A DNA stretch of 63,151 nt from Chiloscyllium plagiosum (Eukaryota), in NCBI RefSeq assembly GCF_004010195.1, contig NC_057711.1, positions 38,620,751 through 38,683,901 of the forward strand. The letters run 5' to 3'. The position numbers were made by a program, and so were the translations under genes. Positions 13,220 to 26,589 of this stretch are shown piece by piece (position 1 is the first letter of the stretch; each line of letters starts with the position of its first letter). The notes beneath the pieces are model-generated. The model ran no database searches and was not told the origin of the DNA. It saw nothing but the letters and a program-made list of their open reading frames with translations.

Positions 13220-14230
13220 CCCTTCTCAACCTGTCAGCTTCCTTTGAGATAGTTGACTAAGTCAACCTCCACCAATGGGTCTTAATTGTTATTAGGCTGT
13301 GTGGAAGTGTGCTTTCTTGACTCCCTTTCTTATCTATTTAATTGTAAGTGCTTGAAGTGGTTTCTCATCCTGCTGCTTCATTATTCCCAGTCCCCAGAAT
13401 ATACCATTGGTTCATCTCCTATTTCTTATTCCTACACTGACAATGCCTAGTTCTTCCTCAGTGCCATGTCTGTAGATTCTTCCATTGTCTCTAAAATGTC
13501 TGACTGCTTGATATCTAATTCTGGATTAACAGAAATTTCCTCCAGATAAAATATTGAGAATAATGAAGCCATTGGCTTCAGTCCTTTCCCCAAACTGTTT
13601 TCGAGCCAATTACTCCCAACCCTCTCCCTAGCAGCCTTACTGCCACATTTGACCCTGAGAAAAACTTGTGACCACATCCATCACCAAGACGGTATTTTCA
13701 CCTCTGTACCTTTGCCAGATTTAGGTCCTATCTCAAGTTATTTGCTGAAACCCTCAGAGATACTTATGTTACACCTAGACCTGCCTATTCCAATGCTTTA
13801 TTGGTTGGTTTCTAGTGTTCTACTCTTTTTAAACTTCAGATTTCCCAAAAATCTGATGCTGGTGCCTTAATTTGTGCTAAAGTGATTGATATTCTATCAC
13901 TTTGAGCTCACTGATGTTCATTGGCTTTCTTCAAGCAACTTCTTAATTTTGGAATTTCCATCTGTATTTTCAAATTTTTCATTTCTTTGTCCCACTATTT
14001 ATCTGCATCTTCATTTGGCATTGTCGTAGGAGAAAGCTGTGCGCCACCATTTTTGGATTTTGCATTTTAATCATTGTGCTATTGGCAGCCATGCATTCAT
14101 CTATCAAGGTCATAAACAGTGGCCTCACCTCCTGAAACCCCTCTTCCTACCTTGAACATGTTCCTTAAAACCGAGCTCTTTGACCAAACTTTAGCTTATC
14201 TATTCTAATATCTCCTAATATGACTGTCAA
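13220..14230 (+). mobile_element. Old L2-like LINE fragment
   Basis: Degenerate RT and 3' similarity shared with pieces near 3190-3400, 33900-34100 and 37250-37860. Confidence 0.45.
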
Positions 14231-14478
14231 ATTTTGTTTGATGATGCTTCTTTGATGTGGTTTGGGATGTTTTATGATGTTAAATGTGCAGTGTAAATGA
14301 AGATGTCTTGGCACTACTTTTTTTATCCTTTTCAATGCCAGATGTTTTGCTGTCCATTGTAGTATTTCTGCTGCTTTGTCTGAAGTTAGGAAATACAGCA
14401 CAGACTTTAGATCAAATCAGAGATAGTAATCTGGAAAGATTGGAGACAGTTGCTTAACTTCTGTACTGTAAGAAATGA

Positions 14479-14694
<216 letters not shown>

Positions 14695-15486
14695 ATGTTA
14701 GCAATTGTAAATGTCCTTGTACTAAAACAAAGGACTTGTGTATAAATGGCAAATATAATCTGACATAGCTGATTTCATTGAACTGTCTTTACAGTGGTAT
14801 TTTCAGCAGCAGATAAAACAAAGGACTTTTAGGCTATATAAAGATTTAATTAATTGTCAAATATTTACATTTAAAATTCAGTGGTGTTCATTGTAAATAT
14901 TTTGCTTCTGAATGAATGTGTGAAGACGAAGAAAGACTGCATTTTTTCATTTATAAATTGTCTATTCCAAACAAACCACTTATGTAAATAAGACTTTAAA
15001 AAATGATCAATTTAGAAAATATTGTACATTGAGAAGAGAGACAAGTTTCAGAAGCTTTTCATCAGGACATGTGCAAGAATGTCAAATTTACACCAACTGT
15101 GTTCCCAGTGCTTTCTCCATGGCAGTGTCTCTGCCAATCAATCAGAATCTTTGTCTCCTGTAGTGTAAGTTATTGGTTGTCCAAGTTTGGCAAACTTGTG
15201 TTTGTGCTGATGAATAAGTTCTAGATATGTTCAAAATACACTATCCCATGTCCCCCTTTGAAAGGCAAATTTAATTTAAGACAGGTGAGGTATTAAACTT
15301 GAACAGGAAAGCTTGGATACAATTACTGCACCAAGGTGACTGGATATTTGTTCACAGTAGGTGTGACCATTCACTCACATTTAATATGTTTCACTTTACT
15401 TGGTGTTAGATTTTAAATTAAAATCAAAAGAGTACTTCATGCATAAAGTACTCATCCTGTTTTCTCTATTCTAATTTATTAATCTC

Positions 15487-15492
15487 AATAAA
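15487..15492 (+). terminator. Likely AK6 polyadenylation signal (AATAAA)
   Basis: AATAAA about 0.8 kb after the stop codon, followed by GT/T-rich downstream sequence. Confidence 0.6.
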
Positions 15493-17605
15493 AGGTGTTG
15501 GTTGTATTTCCGTAATAATGTTTGTTACTGCTTTATTTACTGCTTTACTGTTTTTCCATTAACTGGAAGGAATGTTCTGATTAATTCAATATGTTTATCT
15601 TGATCTATTTTTCCAATATGTAACTTGTCATGCAAGACACAAAAAATCATGTCTATCTAGTAGAAATGTAAACTTTTCAATTTAAAAGTTTGGAATAGTG
15701 ATATCAAACTGACTTTGATATTTCTAGAATAAAATATTCAATAGAAAAATTACAACAGGCATGATATTCTAAAAATTTCCATTGCCACCACATTTTTTTT
15801 GTATTCGGTGTGATCCAGGAGCAAGAGTTGCAGGAGCCTCCGCCCCAGTCCTTGTCCAGCAGGTTAAAGAGTTTTGCTCCCTGTACGGGCAGGAATGGGA
15901 ACTGCAGGGAGGATGAGCTGATTGCCCACAGCACTGTGGTGAGGGAACTATTCAAGTTGGGGGAGAGAAGAGAAATGTCATTGTAATTGGGGAAAGAGGC
16001 ATAGACACTGTTCTCTGCCATCAGGATCAGGAGTCTCAAAGGTTGTGTTGCCTGTCTGGTGCTCAGGTTCAGGATATCTCGTTTGGGCTGCAGAGGAACT
16101 TGGAGGGGGGAGGGTAAAGATCCAGTGGTTGTAGTCCTCATAGGTACCAAAGACATAGATAAAACTAGCACAGAGGTTCTGCTAAGGGAGTATGAACACA
16201 GCCAGGAGCTAAATTAAGGAACAAACAAAAAGGTATTAATCTTTGGATTACTACTTGAGCCACGAGCTAATTGGCACAGTCATTTAGATTAAGCAGGTAG
16301 ATGCGTGGCTCAAAGATTGATGTGGGAGAAATGGGTTTGAATTCATGGAACGTTGGCACCAGTGCTGGGGAAGAAGGGACCTGTTCTGATAGGATGGTCT
16401 TCATCTGAACTGTGCTGGGACCAGAGTCCTACCGAATCACATTACTAGGGCTGTAGACAGGACTTTAAACTAAATAACTGAGGGAGAGGGTTCAGTTATA
16501 GGGGAAGTTAGAAAACCTGAATTAGAGAAGGATGTAAGAGTGCAGAACTCAGGGAAAGTTACTAAAATCTCCAGCACAGACACAAATAGGAGAAGAGTGT
16601 TTGGAAAGGGTTAACAATCAAACTTCAAGCACACTGGATAAATGAATGATAATGAGAAGAGGGACAGTTAATATAGGACAAAAGGTGTTATATCTGAAAT
16701 GATGCAGTATAAGAAGAAGGTAAATTAGATTGTGGCGCAGATCGAAATTGGCAGGTATGACATAGTGGGCATCACAGAGACGTGGCTGCAAGGGGATCAG
16801 GTTTGGGGCTGAATATTCAAGGATTTACATCCTATTGAAAAGATAAGTGAAATTAAATCAATAGTGAGACACACAGTAGGGTGAGATGATGTAGAATCTG
16901 TGTGTGTAGAATTGAGGAACCGCATAGGTAAAAAACCATAGTTGGAGTTATGTGCAGGCCTCCAAACAGTGGTCAGCAGCTGGTGTGAAATATACTCATA
17001 GATATAGGAAAGATGTGTAGGAAAGGCCAAGTTACAGTGATCATGGGGGATTTCAATATGCAGGTGGACTGGGAAAATCAGGTTGGTAGTAGATTTCAAG
17101 AAAAGAAATTTGTGAAATGTCCACAAGATGGCTTTTTGGAGCAGTTTGTGGTGGAGCCCAGCAGGGAACAGTCAATACTGGATTTAGTGTTGTGCAGTGA
17201 GGCAGACTTGATAAGGAAGCTTAAGATCAAGGAACTCTGAGGTCATAGAGATGTACAACATGGAAACAGACCCTTTGGTCGAAACTATCCATGCTGACCA
17301 GATATCCCAACCCAATCTAGTCCCACCTCCCAGCACCCGGCCCATATTCCTTCAAACCCTTCCTATTCATATACCCATCCAAATGCCTCTTAAATGTTGC
17401 AATTGTACCAGCCTCCACCACTTCCTCTGGCAGCTCATTCCACACACACCACCCTCTGTGTGAAAAAGTTGCACTGTATATCTCTTTTATATCTTCCTCC
17501 TCTCACCCTAAACCTATGCCCTCTAGTTCTGGACTCGGTGACCCCAGAGAAAAGACTTTGCATATTTACCCTATCCATGCCCCTCATAATTTTGTAAACC
17601 TCTAT

Positions 17606-18806
17606 AATGCCAAAGTAAATCACTGAGTAGACCTCAGCGAGAATATTGTATCCAGTTTTAACTACCATCTCATAGAGTGGCAAAACCTTGAAGTGAATAG
17701 GTAAAGGGACGGCTGGAAAATGGGAAGCCTTCAGAAATGAGATATCGAGAATCCAGAGAAAGGTTTTTCCTGTTAGGGTGAAAAGAAAGACTGGTAGGTA
17801 TAGGGAATATTGGATGACTAAAGAAATTGAGGATTTGGTTAAGAAAAAGAAGGACGCAAATGTAAGGTATAGACAGGATAGATCGAGTGAATCCTTAGAG
17901 TATAAAGGAAGTAGGAGTGTACTGAAGAGGGAAATCAGGAGGGCAAAAGGGGGCATGAGATAGCTTTGGCAAATAGAACTAAGGAGAATCTAATGGGTTT
18001 TTACAAATACTTTAAGAACAAAAGGGTAACCAGGGAGAGAATAGGGCTCGTCAAAGATCAGCAAGGGGGCCTTTGGGTAGAGGCGCAGAAAATGAGGGAG
18101 ATACTAAATGAGTATTTACTGTGGAAAAGGATATAGAAGATATAGGCTGTAGGGAAATCGATGGTGACATCTTGCAAGATGTCACCAATTACAGAGGAGG
18201 TAGTGCTGGATGCCTTGAAACGTGTAAAGTTGGATAAATCCCGAGGATCAGGTGTCCCCTCAAACTCTGTGGAAAGCTAGAGAAGTGATTGCTGGGTCTC
18301 TTGCTGAGATATTTGTATCATCGATAGTCACAAGTGAGGTGCTGGAAGACTGGAGGTTGGCTAACGTGGTGCCACATTTAAGAAGCTGAACAGGCTGGGA
18401 CTGTTTTCCCAGGAGCGTCGAAGGCTGAGGGGTGGTCTTATAGAGGTTTACAAAATTATGAGGGGCATGGATAGGGTAAATAGGCAAAGTCTTTTCCCTG
18501 GGGTCGGGGAGTCCAGAATTAGAGGGCATAGGTTTAGGGTGAGAGGGGAAAAATATAAAAGAGACCTTAGTGGCAACCTTTTCACTCAGAGGGTAGTACA
18601 AGTATGGAATGAGCTGCTAGAGGAAGTGGTGGAGGCTGGTGCAATTGCAATATTTAAGAGGCATTTGGATGGGTATATGAATAGGAAGGGTCTGGAGGGA
18701 TATGGGCCGGTTGCTGGCAGGTGAGACTAAATTGGGTTGGGATATCTGGTCGGCATGGACGGGTTGGACTGAAGGGTCTGTTTCCATGCAGTACATCTCT
18801 ATGACT
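17606..18806 (+). mobile_element. Internally deleted CR1 of the same family inserted in opposite orientation
   Basis: GRYREYWMTKEIE... linker joined at about 18380 directly to the 3' end and UTR. Confidence 0.75.
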
Positions 18807-20768
18807 CTAAGGTCAACCCTCAGCCTCCAATGCTCCAGGGAAAACATCCCCAGCCTGTTCAGCCTCTCCCTATAACTCAAATCCTCCAACCTTGGCAACA
18901 TCTTTGTAAATATTTTCTGAACCCTTTCAAGTTTAACAACATCTTTCCGATAGGAAGGAGACTAGAATTGCATGCAATATTCTAACGGCGGCCTAACCAA
19001 TGTCCTGTACAGCCGCAACATGACCTCCCAACTCCTGTACTCAAACTCTGACCAATAAAGGAAAGCATACCAAACGCCTTCTTCACTATCCTATCTACCT
19101 GCAACTCCACTTTCAAGGAGCTATGAACCTGCACTCCGTTGAAATCTGAGGTAACCCTCTTTGCTGTCCACTACACCTCCAATTTTGGTGTCACCTGCAA
19201 ACTTACTAACTGTACCTCTTATGCTCGTATCCAAATCATTTATGTAAATGACAAAAAGTAGAGGACCCAGCACTGATCCATGTTGCACTCCACTGGTCAC
19301 AGGCCTCCAGTCTGAAAAACAACCCTCTACCACCACCCTCTCTCTTCTACCTTTGAGCCAGCTCTGTTTCTAAATGGCTAGTTCTCCCTGTATTCCGTGA
19401 GATCTAACCTTGCTAATCAGTCTCCCATGGGGAACTTTGTCGAACACCTTACTGAAGTCCATATAGATCACATCTACCGCTCTGCCCTCATCAATCCTCT
19501 TTGCTACTTCTTCAAAAAACTCAATCAACTTTGTGAGACATGATTTCCCACATACAAAGCCATGTGGACTATCCCTAATCAGTCCTTGCCTTTCCAAATA
19601 CATGTACATCCTGTCCCTCAGGATTCTCTCCAACAACTTCCCCACCACCGACGTCAGGCTCACTGGTCTATAGTTCCCTGGCTTGTCCTTACCACCTTTC
19701 TTAAACAGTGGCACCACGTTAGCCAACCTCCAGTCTTCCGGCACCTCACCTGTGACTATCGATGATACAAATATCTCAGCAAGAGGCCTGGCAATCAGTT
19801 CTCTAGCTTCCCACAGAGTTCTCGGGTACACACATTCAGGTCCTGGGGATTTGTCCACTTTTATGTGTTTCAAGACATCCAGCACTTCCTCCTCTGTAAT
19901 ATGGACATTTTGCAAGATGTCACCATCTATTTCCCTACAGTCTATATCTTCCATATCCTTTTCCACAGTAAATACTGATGCAAAATACTCATTTAGTATC
20001 TCCCCCATTTTCTGCGGCTCCACACAAAGGTCATCTTGCTGATCTTTGAGGGGCCCTATTCTCTCCAAAGTTACCCTTTTGTCCTTAATGTATTTGTAAA
20101 AACTTTTTGGATTTTCCTTAATTCTATTTGTCAAAGCTATCTCATGACCTCTTTTTGCCCTCTGATTTCCCTCTTAGGTATATTCCTACTGCCTTTATAC
20201 TCTTCTAAGGATTCACTCGATCTATCCTGTCTATACCTGACATATGCTTCCTTCTTTTTCTTAACCAAACCCTCAACTTCTTTAGTCATCCAGCATTCCC
20301 TATACCTACCAGCCTTTCCTTTCACCCTGACAGGAATATACTTTCTCTGGATTCTCGTTATCTCATTTCTGAAGGCTTCCCATTTTCCAGCCATCCCTTT
20401 ACCTGCGAAAATCTGCCCTCAATCAGCTTTCGAAAGTTCTTGCCTAATACTGTCAAAATTGACCTTTCTCCAATTTAGAACTTCAACTTTTAGATCTGGT
20501 CTGTTCTTTTCCATCACTATTTTAAATCTAATAGAATTATGGTCGCTGGCCCCAAAGTGCTCCCCCACTGACACCTCAGTCACCTGTCCTGCCTTATTTC
20601 CCAAGAGTAGGTCAAGTTTTGCACTTTCTCTAGTAGGTACACCACATACAGAAAATTGTCTTGTACACACTTAACAAATTCTTCTCCATCTCAACCCTTA
20701 ACAATATGGCAGTCCCAATCTATGTTTGGAAAGTTAAAATCCCCTACCATGACCACCCTATTATTCTT

Positions 20769-23013
20769 TTTTTTATATCGATATTTTTATTAGAAATTTA
20801 ACAGTTTACAAGTTTACAAAAATAAACAAAACTCTCAAGTACAAACATTGATATACAATTAAATCTTAAATATATAACCAAAATTTAACAAAAGAAAAAT
20901 ACCGAAAAAAAAACAAAACTCAACTAACTACTAATCTAACCTACAACTAACCAGGGTGTATATTTCAGTCTCTTACATTATTCAAATAAGAGAAAGAGAG
21001 AAAAAAAACAGCGGATAGCATAGAAATTGGGTAGTGAGATACATGCTCGGAATGTGTTAACATCAAATGTAACAAAACCCGTATTCGTGCGGGATTCCTC
21101 TCCCATGGGGCCCCAGACCAGCCAGGTTCGCAATCTCAATTAAATAAAAGCCCGTGCTAGGATAGCCAAAATATCGGTATTCGTATAATTCAAGAAGGGC
21201 TGCCATATTTTATAAAATAATTCGGTCTTTCGGTGCACCATATTTGTAAGGAATCAAGGGGAATACATTCCATAATTAATCTGTGCCAATTTAAAAGTCC
21301 AGCGGGGCCCTCTGCCACCCAGTTTACCAAAATATTTTTCCTTGCACAGAAAGAGAGAATAGAAAATAATCTCTTCCCATGCATGTCCAGGGAGGATAAG
21401 TTCGAAAAGCCCAAAAGGAGAGATATGGGATCCACTTTAATTTCCGTTCCTATAATTTCTGTCAGGGCACTTGCTACTTTAGTCCAGTATCTACGGATCT
21501 TATGACAGGTCCATAGACAATGTACAAGAGTGCCCACCTCTATTTTACATTTGGGACACATTGGGGATGCCCCTGCCTTAAATTTTGCCAATCGATCCAG
21601 TGCTATTTGGGCCCTATGAAGTATCTGCAGCTGGATAGCCTGAGTTCTGTTACAGAAGGTGATTCTTCTGGCGTTTTCCCAAATGTCATTCCACGTTTCT
21701 ATAGAGATTTCTAGCCCCAATTCCTGATCCCATGTTTTAAGCAGATTGTCCATATCTCCCAATACTTCATCATGTAGTAAATGATAAATAGTACTGATGG
21801 AGGATACCCCCTTTGGTCGTAGTACTCTACATTCTCTATCTGATTTATAAAGACTATCTAATAACGTAGTCTTCTTCTGTAAAAAAGCTCGAATTTGGAA
21901 GTATCGATAGAGGTCTCCATTAGGTAATCCGAATTTCTGACGCAGCTGTTCAAAAGACATCAGGACCCCTTCTTTAAATAGGTCCCCTAGACATGAGATA
22001 CTCCTGGATCTCCAGAGTTTAAAAGTGGCATCTGTACCCCGGTTGAAATCCCCATGCTCCCACTATCAGAGCATAGGGGGATGTTTTATGTGAGTTGCCC
22101 TCATTTTGCCGCATTATATTCCAAGCTTTAATTGTATTTAGTATTATAGGGTCTTTACAGTGATCCGCAATGATTTTCCTCTTGTCTGAAAATAAAAGGT
22201 TAATAAGTGGGCATTTTACTTGAGAAGCTTCGATGTCCAGCCAGATTGATTGTGGATCAAACAGGACCCAATCAGCTATGTAACTTAATAAGGAACTTAA
22301 CTGACATTTCCTAAAATCTGGGAAGTCCAATCCTCCCCTTGCCTGTGGAAGCTGTAGCTTCTTCAGCTTAATGAGGGGCCGTCTATGATTGCAGATAAAG
22401 GAACCCAACCACCCATATAATTTACGTAGTGCCAGCCTCGGCAGCATCACCGGAAGCATTCTCATAGGGTATAGGAGAAGGGCAGGACGTTCATTTTAAT
22501 TAGTGCTATTCTACCCAGCCAGGAAATTGGAAGGTCTCCTCATCGCTGGAGGTCATGCCTTATCCTTTCCAGTAAATGCACAAAGTTAGCCTTGTATAAC
22601 TGACCAAATACTGGGGTAATAAAAATACCTAAATATAAGAAGCCCTCCAGGGACCAACGAAAGGGAAAATGGGATCCGTCCACTAAGTGGGGTATCATAG
22701 CAAGGCCATCCATTGGCATAGCCTCCGAATTTGAGAAATTAATTTTATAGCCTGAGAATGCGCTAAATGTATTAATAACTTGGATTAAGCGAGGTACGGA
22801 CATCAGAGGATTACTGAGGAATAGAAGAATATCATCTGAATACAGGGTAATTTTATGTTTACCTGTACCGATCCTCGGGGCCGTTATATTAGGATCAGCT
22901 CATATAGCTTCTGCTCGTGGTTCAATTATTAGCGTAAATAACAATGGCGAGAGAGGACATCCCTGACGGCAGCCCCTACCCACACTGAAGCTATCCGAAC
23001 CTAATCCATTGGT
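20769..23013 (-). mobile_element. 5'-truncated L1-clade LINE
   Basis: [22 protein letters not shown] knuckle CPKC...HCLWTC, AATAAA plus A-rich tail; 14-bp TSD accctattattctt at 20755-20768 and 23014-23027. Confidence 0.9.
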
Positions 23014-23469
23014 ACCCTATTATTCTTACAGATAACTGAGATTTCCTTGCAAGTTTGTTTCTCAATTTCCCTCTGACTATTTGGGGATCTATAATACAAT
23101 CCCAATAAGGTGATGATTCCTTTCTTATTTCTCAGTTCCACCCAAATAACTTCCCCGGATGTATTTCCAGGAATATCCTCCCTCAGCACAGCTGTAATGC
23201 TATCTCTTATCAAAAATGCCACTCCCCTCCTCTCTTGCCTCGCTTTCTATCTTTCCTGTAGCATTTGTATCCTGGAACATTAAGCTGCCAGTTCTGCCCA
23301 TCCCTGAGCCATGTTTCTGTAATTGCTATGATATCCCAGTCCCATGTTCCTAACCATGGCCTGAATTCATCTGCCTTCCCTGTTAGGCCCCTTGCATTGA
23401 AATAAATGCAGTTTAATTTATTAGTTCTATCTTGTCCATGCCTGCCCTGACTGTTTGACTCACTTCTGT

Positions 23470-23610
23470 GAAGAGTGTTCTGATTCCTGAAGAAGGGCCT
23501 GTGCCCGAAACGTCGAATCTCCTGTTCCCTGGATGCTGCCTGACCTGCTGTGCTGTTCCAGCAATAAAGTTTCAACTTTGATCTCCAGCATCTGCAGACC
23601 TCACTTTCTC
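23470..23610 (+). mobile_element. Solo Penelope-like pLTR insertion
   Basis: 11-bp TSD ctcacttctgt at 23459-23469 and 23611-23621; contains hammerhead and AATAAA. Confidence 0.85.
23482..23519 (+). ncRNA. Minimal type I hammerhead ribozyme motif in a Penelope-like pLTR
   Basis: GAUUC-CUGAAGA-A-GGGC(cugu)GCCC-GAAA-CGUC-GAAUC: perfect 5-bp stem I, 4-bp stem II, full catalytic core, GUC triplet ending at 23514. Confidence 0.85.
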
Positions 23611-23935
23611 CTCACTTCTGTTCTCATCTGTACCAGTCTCAGATTGAATTTACTCTGCAATTTGAGAGGGAGAAGATAGAATCAGAGATAATGGTATTAC
23701 AGCTGAATAAAGGCAACTGCAGATGCGTGAGGGAGGAGCTGGGTAGAATTGACTGGGAGCAGAGCTTAGCAGGAAAGACATTGGAACAGCAATGGCCAGA
23801 GTTTCTGGAAGTAATTCAGGAGATACAGCAGAGATTCACCCTGAGGTAAAATTAAGCATGTTGCAGGGAGGATGGGGCAACCATGGCAAACTAGCGAAGT
23901 CAGGAAGAGCATAAAAGCAAAGGAGAAAGTATATA

Positions 23936-24952
23936 CAGAGGAATCTCGATTATCCGAATAAGATGGGCGGGCACCATTTCGTTTGGATAATTGATTATTC
24001 AGTTAATTGATTCAATGCCTCTCCTCTGGGGCTTGGAGTTTTCTGAAGTTTCCTTTTTCCTCGTTCTGCCTGTCTTCCTCCCACTCTTTGTCTCAGGGTT
24101 TGCTTCTGAACCCCACCCCCCACCCCCTATCAGTAAAATGGGATTGACACAGGGAGCACTTGCTAAGACCGCTCCCCATTCAGGAGACGCGGTAGCAGCA
24201 CACTGTACACGAGACCCTGTTCGACCCTCCCAGCCCCACCTGACCCTGCTCCCACCTCACTCACGTCCAACCCCACTCCCTGTCCGAGACCCCCCCAACC
24301 CTGTCCAACCCCGCTCAACCCCACTTCCTGACCCCTCCCAACCCCGCTCCCTGTCCGAACCCCATCTGACCCCCTCAACCCCTCTCCCTATCTGACCCCA
24401 CTTACATTCCGACCCCGATGACCCCGCCGCCGCCATCCGATCTGTCTGCTGCGCCCCCTGTGTCCCACCACACGTTCTGCCTTACCCTCCGGGGCAACCG
24501 GACTGGACACCACCAGTAAGACTGCTGCTGCCTTTGGGGGTGAGTCTCCAAATAGCACACGCACGCGCACACAACTTTTTACTGCAACTTTTTGTCAACT
24601 TCCACCTTTGCCCTGTACAGGATAATGTTAGAGAGATTATTGGGGGAAGGGGGTTTAGGGTACACGCCTGTGTAGAACTCTAGGGAAAGTGTGGGGAGAC
24701 AGAGAGAGAAAGACAGTGGTCAGTCATTTGGAGATGGTGCCTGGACTTCCATCAATGTTCAGGACTGTTCTTGGCAGCATTTCAGTAAGCTAAGTTTGTT
24801 TTTAATCATTGTAAACAAAAGGTGTGATTGGTGTTGGAAACAGCTCCTTGATGTAATGTTTCTATCAGGAATCGAGATCTCCTTCGGATAATCCGATATT
24901 CAGATAACTCGATATTCGGATAATTTATATTCGAATAATCAAGGTTCCTCTA
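23936..24952. mobile_element. Second copy of the pogo/Tigger-like MITE
   Basis: TA|cagaggaatctcgattat ... ataatcaaggttcctcta|TA; subterminal ttcggataat repeats. Confidence 0.8.
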
Positions 24953-26589
24953 TAATATAGCGAAGGACAGTGGGAAACCAGAGGATTGGGAAGCTTACAA
25001 AGACCAACAAAGGGCAACAAAATATGAAATCAGGAGGGAGAAGATTAAATATGAGGGTAAGCTAGCCAGTAATATAAAGGAAGACTGTAAGAGTTTCTTT
25101 AGATATATAAAGAGTGAAAGAGAAACAAAAGTGGACATTTGGGCGACTGGAAAATGACACTGGAGAGATAGTAGCGGGGAACAAGAAAATGGTTGAGGAA
25201 CTGAATGATTACTTCACGTCAGTCTTCATGGTGGAAGACATGAGTGATATCCCAAAAATTCAAGAGACTATGATGGCCAGCACCAATGAGAAGCTGCTAG
25301 AAAAACTGAATGGCTTGATGCTGGATGAATCACCTGGACCAGATGGACTAAGGGAGAGTTCTAAGGGAGAAAGCTAAAAAGACAGTGGAGGCATTAGTGG
25401 TGATTTTCGGGAATTACTAGAGTCAGGGAAGGTCCCAGAGGACTGGAAAATCGCTAACGTGACAGCTGCGATAAAAAGGGAGTAAGGCAAAAGACAGAAA
25501 ATTACAGACCGATTGGACTAACCTCGGTGTGGTAAACAACCTGGAATCCACTGTGAAGGATGGGATTTCTGAATACTTGGAAGTGTATGGTAAAATAGGG
25601 CAAATTCAACATGGTTTCATCAAGAGGAGGTCATGCCTGACAAACCTGCTAGAATTCTTTGAAGAAGTAATGAGCAGGTTAGACCAAGGAGAGCTAATGG
25701 ATGTTATCTACCTGGACTTCAAGAAGGCCTTTGACAAGGTGCCAGACAGGAGACTACTGAGTAAGATAAGGGCCCATGGCATCAAAGGTAAGGTGCTAGC
25801 ATGGATAGAAGCCTGGCATGCTGGCAGAAAGCAGAGAATGGGGATAAAAGGGTCTCTCTCGGGAGGACACTCTCTCAGTAGTGTTCTGCAAGGCTCAGTG
25901 TTGGAACCCAACTTTTCACTTTATACATTAACGATCTAGATGAAGGAACTGAGTGTATTCTGGCTAAGTTTGCAGATGATATAAAGATAGGTAGAGGGTC
26001 AAGTAGCACTGAGGAGATGGGGAGGCTGCAGCAAGATTTGGACAGGTTAGGAGAGTGGGCGAAGAAGTGGCAGATGGAGTACAACATGGGAAAGTTTGAG
26101 GTCATGCACTCTGGTAGGAAGAATAGAGACATGGACTATTTTCTAAATTGGGGAGAAAATTCAGAAGTCTGAAGTGCAAAGAAACTTAGGAGTTCTATTC
26201 CAGGATTCTGTTGAGGTAAACTTACAGGTTGAGTCAGTAATTAGGAAGGCAAATGCAATGTTGGCATTTGTTTTGAGAGGACTTGAATATAAAAGCAGGG
26301 ATGTACTTCTGAGGCTCGATAAGGCTTTCATCTGACCACATTTGGAATATTGTGCCCAGTTTTGGGCCCCATATCTCAGGAAGGATGTTTTGGCCCGAAA
26401 GCATGTTCAGAGGTCATTCACAAGAATGGTCCCAGGAATGAAAAGCTTAATGTAAGAGACTCTGGGTCTATACTCAATGGAGTTTAGAAGGATGGGGGGG
26501 GGGGGGGGGGGGGGAGGGTGTGTGTGAATCTAATTGAAACTTACAGAATACTGAATGGCCTGGGCAGAGTGGATTGTAAAGTACAATAT

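Larger units (their letters stand above)
17242..23640 (-). mobile_element. CR1 (HER1-like) ORF2 copy inserted antisense in the host CR1, itself interrupted
   Basis: EN WDIIAITETWL (23210-23575), GNYRPVSLTS and DFSKVFDKVPH (19370-20134), 3' end at 17242-17605. Confidence 0.85.

Noticed and set aside
19370-21960. Longest ORFs (254, 212 and 256 aa) as host genes
   Set aside because: They are CR1 and L1 ORF2 fragments or their antisense shadow, flanked by frameshifts and stops
26494-26514. Long poly-G run (also 30597-30611, and poly-C at 42180-42192)
   Set aside because: Homopolymer expansions mostly inside decayed repeats; length is unreliable and there is no functional evidence
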